Shown: piece by piece, positions 57,803-64,000 of the stretch
Layout: the number at the start of each line of letters is the position of its first letter
Position numbering within the stretch: position 1 is the first letter of the stretch
Sequence record: MZ475892.1
Direction: 5' to 3' (one strand)
DNA length: 64,000 bases
The notes under the pieces: model-generated
What the model saw: only the letters and a program-made list of their open reading frames with translations
Told to the model about the DNA's origin: nothing
Databases searched by the model: none
Made by a program: the position numbers and the translations under genes

Positions 57803-59464
57803 ATGCCAATCAAACCTAAGAAAGTCAAAGCGGCCAAAGCAGTTAAGCCTGCTAAAGCGACCGCTGTAGCGAAGCCGCTTAAAGTCAAAGTGAAATCGAA
57901 AGCCGTTTCTGTCGATGACATTAAGACAAAGAAAAAGTCGAAAGAAGTTGCCACAGTGCAGACAGGCGCATCGCTCTATCCGATGATTGGTCAAGACGAA
58001 TCGAACATTCGTGATCAGGGTCTCGCAGATTACACACGCCACGCGCTAGGTGTGTACGGTTCTTACGTTGTTGAAGACCGAGCTATCGCTGACTATCGTG
58101 ATGGCCTCAAGCCTGTGCACCGTGCGCTGCTGTGGTCGTTGTCTGATCTTAACTTGCGTCCTGGCGGAGCGTTCAAGAAGTCTGCGCGTACTGTTGGTGA
58201 CACGATTGGTAAGTATCACCCACACGGCGATGCTGCCTGCTACGGCGCAATGGTAACGATTGCAAACACAGTGCCACCAGCTGTTGCTGGTTCTGGTAAC
58301 TGGGGTAGCCCTGTTGACCCCGCTGCTGCGATGCGTTATACCGAAGCGAAGATGAGTAAGTTCACGGGCACGTTCTTGCTCGACTCTGATTACTTAGAAG
58401 TTGTGCCGCGTGTGCCTAACTTCTCAAACGATCTTGAGCTGCCACTTTACTTGCCTGCGCTGCTGCCTTACATGTTGTTCAATGGCTCTGTGCCTGCACC
58501 AGCGTACGGCGTCAAGTGTGGTAACCCGTCATTCAGCTTCACGTCCGTATCTAAAGTCGTGTGTGAGATGCTGAGTGGCAAAGAGTACACAGCGAAGACG
58601 CTTGCGAAGACGCTTGAGATTCGCCATGAGTTCGGTTGTATCGACGTTAGCTCTGACGAAGATATGTATCAGCTCATCTCAACAGGCCGCGGCAAAGTCA
58701 CATACGAACCGCTGATTAAGATCGATGAGAAGTCGAAGACCATCACGATTCAAACGTATGTGCCTGCCGGTATGTCCAACACTGCGGGTATCACGAAGAA
58801 GCTGGAGAAGATTTCTGAGTGGCCAGGCATTAGCTCCGCAGCAAACGCCAGTGGTAAGAAGAACAAGAACGCAGGTCCTTACGGTGCAGCGTTTGAGTTC
58901 CGCGTACGTGGCAGCGAAGACCAGTTGTATGAACTCGCCTCACGCATTCAGAAGGAAGTGACTGCGGGCGTCAACTACAATCTGGGCGTTACGATTCGTC
59001 GCGCTGATAAGCCGAACACCTTCAAGTATCTGAACTATCTGGATTACTTCAAGGCGTGGGTAGCGTATCGTATCAAACTCGAAACAGCCATGCTGAACAA
59101 CAAGCTGGCCAAAGCAGAGAAAGCCTTGCACTTGCAGCAAGTATATCTGTGGGCTGTTGACAACATGAAGCAACTGCTGGCTGCCTTGCCTAAAGTGTTA
59201 GTAGCAGAAGACCCAGACAAAGCGCTGGCCAAAGCGTGCAAGATTCCAGTTGAAGATGCGAAGATCATCCTCGACCGTCAAGTGCGTAAACTGGCTAAGC
59301 TGGAACGTGGTGGTCTGGTCGCTAAGATCAAAGACATTAAGGAAGAGATTGCTGGTTATAAGGCAGGCTTGAAAGCGCCAGGCAAATATGCAGCACAGAG
59401 CACGGCTGCTAAAGTCAAAGCGTACATCAAATCACCTGATGATAAGCTGCCCGTAAGTCTTTGA
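57803..59464 (+). CDS. gyrA: Type IIA topoisomerase A subunit (GyrA/ParC-like) lacking the C-terminal pinwheel
   Basis: RAIADYRDGLKPVHR, KSARTVGD, KYHPHGD, GNWGS, AAMRYTE (catalytic Tyr). Confidence 0.95.
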   Translation: MPIKPKKVKAAKAVKPAKATAVAKPLKVKVKSKAVSVDDIKTKKKSKEVATVQTGASLYPMIGQDESNIRDQGLADYTRHALGVYGSYVVEDRAIADYRDGLKPVHRALLWSLSDLNLRPGGAFKKSARTVGDTIGKYHPHGDAACYGAMVTIANTVPPAVAGSGNWGSPVDPAAAMRYTEAKMSKFTGTFLLDSDYLEVVPRVPNFSNDLELPLYLPALLPYMLFNGSVPAPAYGVKCGNPSFSFTSVSKVVCEMLSGKEYTAKTLAKTLEIRHEFGCIDVSSDEDMYQLISTGRGKVTYEPLIKIDEKSKTITIQTYVPAGMSNTAGITKKLEKISEWPGISSAANASGKKNKNAGPYGAAFEFRVRGSEDQLYELASRIQKEVTAGVNYNLGVTIRRADKPNTFKYLNYLDYFKAWVAYRIKLETAMLNNKLAKAEKALHLQQVYLWAVDNMKQLLAALPKVLVAEDPDKALAKACKIPVEDAKIILDRQVRKLAKLERGGLVAKIKDIKEEIAGYKAGLKAPGKYAAQSTAAKVKAYIKSPDDKLPVSL

Positions 59465-59467
59465 AAA

Positions 59468-59475
59468 TCTGTAAA
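59468..59475 (+). promoter_or_regulatory. TCTGTAAA motif
   Basis: AAAATCTGTAAATA right after the gyrA stop. Confidence 0.55.
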
Positions 59476-59493
59476 TAGACTATGATAAACTCT

Positions 59494-59545
59494 GCACTAA
59501 GTTGGACAGAAGCCGCTTGAGATTATTCTTAGTCTATGATATACT
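59494..59545 (+). promoter_or_regulatory. Box promoter 13
   Basis: GCACTAAGT-TGGACA-GAA, 31-nt spacer, TGA-TATACT; TTGAGA at the -35 position. Confidence 0.7.
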
Positions 59546-59683
59546 GGTACTGTTGATTGCAGACATTCTGACGAGGGTTTTCTGCAATCATGCCAGAAAA
59601 AGGAGGGTAGCGTATATAAGCAAAAGACGTAGCATAAGTTGGGATGAAAATTCGAGCCGAAAAGGCCGGACGCTGTTTCAAGA

Positions 59684-59712
59684 TTGACCTCTGAAACGGC
59701 AAATATTATAAT
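59684..59712 (+). promoter_or_regulatory. Canonical sigma70 promoter
   Basis: TTGACC-17 nt-TATAAT. Confidence 0.8.
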
Positions 59713-59818
59713 CGACCTACAGAATACTAATATGTAGTTGCAGCACATTAGTTTCGACGTGTCGCTAGGGCCAAGAGTACGGTCCTCAACTCTTTTATGA
59801 GAAGTTTGGAATCCGCAA

Positions 59819-61093
59819 ATGAAAAATCAGGTACACAACCTCAAAGCTGGTTTGAACGTAGTTGTCACCTCACTGACGGAACTGCGTTCTGGAAAAAACA
59901 TGAAGCGCCAGCATGTTGTTGAAGTATTAGGTCAGCCGTCTACCGTTTTGACTGACCTCACAAAGGCATTGAAAAGTAATACCTTCAAGTCATATCCTGA
60001 TGTACTCCAGTTGCGCGACTCAGTTCGTGCGACAAGCACTACCTGTCTTAACCTGTTAGAGCAAGTGGTATCTCGCCGTATCAAGCCACGCGATCTGATG
60101 GAAAAACTTGGTGAAGTTGTGAAGTCGTTTGAAGCCGACGTTAAGCTGGCTGATTCGACCCTCGGGTATCTGCCTGAATCTCGTAAGACTCTCTCGCTCG
60201 ATGACGTTGAGCGCGATGCTGATGGTAAGCTGAATCTCAAATCCTTGAATGCGGTCAGTGAAAAGATCTATGAGCAAGAGACGAACGATAAGGCGATACG
60301 CAGAGAGCAACGCGAAGACGCAGCGACAGTAAAGACCAGTCGTGTGCTCCAGCGTCTCAAAGATTCGTATGCTCACAAAGTCCCAAGAACGTTCAATAAA
60401 GCCATTCAAATAATCCAATTGCCTGTGATGGCACGATTCGGTACGCTCGCTATGAGTCCTGAGTCGCTGTCTAAGATGGGATTCAAAATTCAAACTGCTG
60501 GTCTGCACTCCACCCCGAGTTCTGACTTAGGTATTGTCTTTGAAAACCAGTTGCTGCTTTTCTTCCGTATGTCTGACGCTAAAGGCGTTGCAGAAGAAGC
60601 TGCAAAGAAACACAAGGACCTCGATGGAACTCTCGTAGAACGCAAACGCCTCCAGAAAGAAAGAAACGCAGAACGCCGCGACATTAAAAAGCTCACTCAG
60701 CTTTTGGCGGAAAACAAGTCACTCGTAGCCAAGCGCAAAATCCGTGAGCAGATTGCGGAAGCACAGGGCAACGTTGACGACATTACTGCGACTCTTGACG
60801 ACATGGACCAAAAGGTGCGCTCATCGAACTCCAAAGAGCGTGTGTATCGCCAGATGAAAACATCAAGCGATCATGCGATGCTGGATTACCTTAACCCTAT
60901 CGTCGATATGCTCAACGAGAAAAGCAGTTCAACTCTCGGTCTGTTTACTACCATGCCGTTACGCGGTGTCATGAAAGACGCTGACGTGCATTGCGCATGG
61001 CTCATGGAACAATCAGCTATTCGACTTCTGTTGCGCCACTGTGGCGGTGACGTGAAGTTGCAGAACTGGTTCTTGCCGTGGACTAATGGCTAA
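59819..61093 (+). CDS. Hypothetical protein with coiled-coil segments
   Basis: 424 aa; heptad-rich region around LQKERNAERRDIKKL. Confidence 0.8.
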   Translation: MKNQVHNLKAGLNVVVTSLTELRSGKNMKRQHVVEVLGQPSTVLTDLTKALKSNTFKSYPDVLQLRDSVRATSTTCLNLLEQVVSRRIKPRDLMEKLGEVVKSFEADVKLADSTLGYLPESRKTLSLDDVERDADGKLNLKSLNAVSEKIYEQETNDKAIRREQREDAATVKTSRVLQRLKDSYAHKVPRTFNKAIQIIQLPVMARFGTLAMSPESLSKMGFKIQTAGLHSTPSSDLGIVFENQLLLFFRMSDAKGVAEEAAKKHKDLDGTLVERKRLQKERNAERRDIKKLTQLLAENKSLVAKRKIREQIAEAQGNVDDITATLDDMDQKVRSSNSKERVYRQMKTSSDHAMLDYLNPIVDMLNEKSSSTLGLFTTMPLRGVMKDADVHCAWLMEQSAIRLLLRHCGGDVKLQNWFLPWTNG

Positions 61094-61625
61094 CGAAAAT
61101 CGTTTACCAGCGGAAACAAAAGGTGCGTTAACACGGTGTATCATCTGCGGTCAGTTTAGCCGCGCGATTCACTACCACCATACTGTTCCCCGCTCACTGG
61201 GAGGCGAGCACTCGCTCCAAATCCCAATAGACGGTAACTGCCACACAACGCTCCATGCGAAAGCAGAAGCTGTGGTAGCGCGTTTGGCCGGTAACCGTAA
61301 ACAACCAATTGGTCAGTTCTGGGACGACCCAGATGCTGAGCAACGAGCTGAAATGTGGCTAACGATTCTGGTAGATGCAATGCTTAATCCTCCAGTGCAG
61401 CCCGGACAGAAAGAAGTCCTGTTGCCGATGATTAAGGTTGATTTAGAAACCAGACATGCGTTAGAATTGTTGAAGCGTGACACACCAGGCATAACAAACA
61501 TGGGCCAAGTGTTGCGCTACTGTATTGAGACAACGTTAAAGGTTAAGGGGTTAAAAAATGGCAAATCAGAAAATCCGCACTCTGGACATCAAAGCACTCG
61601 TAAAAAGCGAGATGACCTGTGGTGA
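61086..61625 (+). CDS. HNH-family protein with a possible C-terminal ribbon-helix-helix
   Basis: CIIC..HHTVPRSLGG..DGNCHTTLH; MIKVDLETRHALELLK..NMGQVLRYCIE. Confidence 0.7.
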   Translation: MANENRLPAETKGALTRCIICGQFSRAIHYHHTVPRSLGGEHSLQIPIDGNCHTTLHAKAEAVVARLAGNRKQPIGQFWDDPDAEQRAEMWLTILVDAMLNPPVQPGQKEVLLPMIKVDLETRHALELLKRDTPGITNMGQVLRYCIETTLKVKGLKNGKSENPHSGHQSTRKKRDDLW

Positions 61626-62421
61626 TTGCAGAGGGTTGACGCGGGATGCGTTATTACCTACAGCGGAAAAACCGTGTGCTACTCAAGGGCAGTTGCCAGA
61701 TGCTAAGATCTGCAAGCACTATCGCCCTGACAGCGCATCACTGACTACCTTAATGTCTGAGAATGGCGATTCATTGATCGCTATGTTCAACACAGTAAAA
61801 GACTTTAGCACCAAAGACTTGCACGTTGTTGCTGGTCTGTTGTTACGTGAAGCGAAGACGCGTAGCTACGGTGTGCGCATAGGTCAAGCTGTGTTCGTGC
61901 GCTATCAAGGCCGCGAGACGCGCAACTATCTCAACAACTTTATGGCAGCGCGTGTGCTTGACGTTGACGACGAAACGATTCGCCTTATTTCCGAGAAGGG
62001 TGACATTGTTCTGACTTACGCCAACACAGGGTTCTCTGGACCGTCTGTCTATTCTAAACAGCAATTCACCAAACTGCGCAAGGAGATGAAAGCCAGTGGT
62101 AAGTTGATCGATCCTGAACGTCAGATCAAGACTACGAAACGCATGTTACCTATGGAAGACAATGTTAGCTTCTCCGCACCGAGTTCGCTCGATGGCTTCT
62201 CAATCCCGATGATGGATGAAGTTGTCAAAGGCCGTGGTGCTAAGCGTAAGGGCAAGAAGACCAACACGCTGGTGGACATTGTGAGCATGATCGATAACGG
62301 TTATGACATGGGTGCAGAGCAAGACGAGTCTGGTGTTATGTCGCTGGGCAGTAACAGCTACAAGAACAAAGGCAAGCGCATTCAGAAAGGCGCTGTCGAA
62401 CTGTCTGACCTCGAAGGTTAA
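61558..62421 (+). CDS. Hypothetical protein with a Cys-rich N-terminus
   Basis: CGDC...C...C possible Zn site. Confidence 0.75.
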   Translation: MANQKIRTLDIKALVKSEMTCGDCRGLTRDALLPTAEKPCATQGQLPDAKICKHYRPDSASLTTLMSENGDSLIAMFNTVKDFSTKDLHVVAGLLLREAKTRSYGVRIGQAVFVRYQGRETRNYLNNFMAARVLDVDDETIRLISEKGDIVLTYANTGFSGPSVYSKQQFTKLRKEMKASGKLIDPERQIKTTKRMLPMEDNVSFSAPSSLDGFSIPMMDEVVKGRGAKRKGKKTNTLVDIVSMIDNGYDMGAEQDESGVMSLGSNSYKNKGKRIQKGAVELSDLEG

Positions 62422-62463
62422 TCTGAACAACTCTTACCATAATATACGATTAGGATCTCGGAA

Positions 62464-63603
62464 ATGATCACAGAAGAAATCACTCTTAATGCTTACCTCT
62501 CACAGCGTCTGAACCTCGAAGAAGATTCAGAGCAATTCCGCCGAGTATACGCAGCCACGATCAAATATATTGGCAGCGGTTATAAGTCTATCGCAGGTTA
62601 TCATCGTGACCTGCAATCCGAAGTAGATTTTAAGCAATTTGAGTTCACAGCGCCAGACTTGCGTATTGATATTTCTTCCATATGTCGTTTTACTCTCAAG
62701 CTGCGTTTCTTCGTGCTGGCTGTATGCTTGCACAAGGACCCAAAAGAGATTGTTCAAAAGTATGCAGCGTATGGTCTCTCCAAGCGTGAGGCCGTGCTTG
62801 CATGGAATACATTGTTGAAAGAAGTCGCAGCCCGCACACAGATTCGTCGTATGGCCAAACAGAAGTCCAAGACTAAGGGCGGCCTTGATGTTACGATGGT
62901 TAGTAGTCGTGAGCTTCGTCTTCGCCTTGACCAGACAGCCAGCCTGTTTGCAGAATTGCATCGCAGTGCGAAGCGTCTGGTCAGAAAGAATCTTATGTGG
63001 GTGAGCAAGAGCGAGAACATCCCTCTGCCAGATCTGACCTGTGACATTATGTGCAAGGTGCTGTTGTCGTATTATCAGTCGCTGCCTAATCGTTTCTCAG
63101 AAGCCCACCAGCTCAACTACCTGCGTGCGTCTCTGAACAACCGCATCAACAACATGAACAACTACTACAGTGCAGACTGCCGCAAGCGTATGCACAAAGT
63201 GGGCGAAGACAAGTATGAGATTCTTGTTATGTCTGACAATCAGATGTGGCATAATCCGGAAGATGATTCGTCTGCCTCGTACGAGGACCTGTTGGCTTCT
63301 GATGCGCGTGTTCATACCGAAGAGATGGAAAACAATCTGACTATTAATCGCCTTCTTGAGGAAGCTGAAGGCACTAAGCGCCACAAGCTGTACAGTACGG
63401 TGTTAGGCCGAGACTGTGCCGAGTTCACTGAGTATCTCCGCGACAACGGTATGCTCAAACAGACAATGACGTGTGCGACTCAATGGTTCATGGCCAAGCC
63501 CTACAAGTTCATTCGTAAGCATCTTGCGCAATGGCTTGAAGTGGCAGTTGAGACGGTTAACGCCGGTCTGGTAACATTACGTGGTTCTTTGCAGGCAGCA
63601 TGA
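62464..63603 (+). CDS. Divergent sigma70-family RNA polymerase sigma factor
   Basis: Region-2-like DLTCDIMCKVLL..NYLRASLNNRINNM, linker SDN..EDD..SYEDLL, region-4 HTH LAQWLEVAVETVNAGLVTLR. Confidence 0.65.
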   Translation: MITEEITLNAYLSQRLNLEEDSEQFRRVYAATIKYIGSGYKSIAGYHRDLQSEVDFKQFEFTAPDLRIDISSICRFTLKLRFFVLAVCLHKDPKEIVQKYAAYGLSKREAVLAWNTLLKEVAARTQIRRMAKQKSKTKGGLDVTMVSSRELRLRLDQTASLFAELHRSAKRLVRKNLMWVSKSENIPLPDLTCDIMCKVLLSYYQSLPNRFSEAHQLNYLRASLNNRINNMNNYYSADCRKRMHKVGEDKYEILVMSDNQMWHNPEDDSSASYEDLLASDARVHTEEMENNLTINRLLEEAEGTKRHKLYSTVLGRDCAEFTEYLRDNGMLKQTMTCATQWFMAKPYKFIRKHLAQWLEVAVETVNAGLVTLRGSLQAA

Positions 63604-63992
63604 GAGGTCACCAATTAGATATGCAGCAGTCAATCATCAACACTGATTTGGAGCGCTCAGCTTTCGCTCTGTTCAGCCGTTCTCAGTTAGCTGAGGACTA
63701 TAAGCGTACCGTATTGTATCTCGTGTATAAGACTGTAAATCGTAATGGCATGATGCAGGTTAATCGCCTCATCTATGAACTCGGTCAGAAGTATGAACTC
63801 AACCGCGAAGATGTTAAGTCAGCTATCGGTGCACTCAAAGCTCCGTTCGCGTTTAACGCGCTGTCTGTGTTCGTGCCTCGTGCCGACGTTAAAACAAATC
63901 GAGTGTGTCGTACTAGCTCTAACCCTGCGATTGATAATTGGTTAGCAGAAGTAGAGCACAATTTCCCACACATCAGTCGTATGTTGCAGTAG
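63600..63992 (+). CDS. Hypothetical protein, possibly winged helix
   Basis: ATGA overlap with the sigma-like gene; VNRLIYELGQKYELNREDVKSAIGAL. Confidence 0.65.
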   Translation: MRGHQLDMQQSIINTDLERSAFALFSRSQLAEDYKRTVLYLVYKTVNRNGMMQVNRLIYELGQKYELNREDVKSAIGALKAPFAFNALSVFVPRADVKTNRVCRTSSNPAIDNWLAEVEHNFPHISRMLQ

Positions 63993-64000
63993 GGGCGCAG

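Noticed and set aside
59600-59680. TTCGAG-containing stretch as a possible tRNA
   Set aside because: No T-arm stem around TTCGAG and no acceptor or anticodon stems could be built.

Overview
This 64-kb window reads as part of a large lytic (jumbo) bacteriophage genome infecting an enterobacterium, probably a plant-associated Erwinia/Dickeya/Pantoea-type host. The host is inferred from an AmsF-like gene, and the gene content resembles the Erwinia Y3/Alexandra and Dickeya JA11/AD1 group (inference, not a database result). About 100 densely packed genes all lie on the + strand, and the - strand ORFs look like shadows. Recognisable genes: RecA/UvsX-like recombinase (5'-truncated) with a 347-aa intein, AcrVA2/FinQ-like protein, AmsF-like protein, GNAT, KptA/Tpt1, radical SAM enzyme, DksA/TraR, UvsE, dUTPase, lytic transglycosylase, HD phosphohydrolase, GyrB- and GyrA-like topoisomerase subunits, an HNH protein and a sigma70-family factor. 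No tRNA, rRNA or CRISPR array was seen. Strongest leads: (1) a 41-55 kb cluster of extremely acidic and extremely basic low-complexity proteins sharing a 36-aa HeH-like module and a common K/A motif, a candidate phage chromatin or condensate system; (2) a non-coding regulatory grammar of 13 promoters with a TGGACA-like box 31-33 nt upstream of the -10, 10 Shine-Dalgarno sites held in covarying RAGG-loop hairpins, and 9 TCTGTAAA sites; (3) two copies of a covarying RNA hairpin directly downstream of box promoters; (4) an AcrVA2/FinQ-family protein with an unknown target. All family assignments come from motif recognition by eye and need HMM or structure confirmation.
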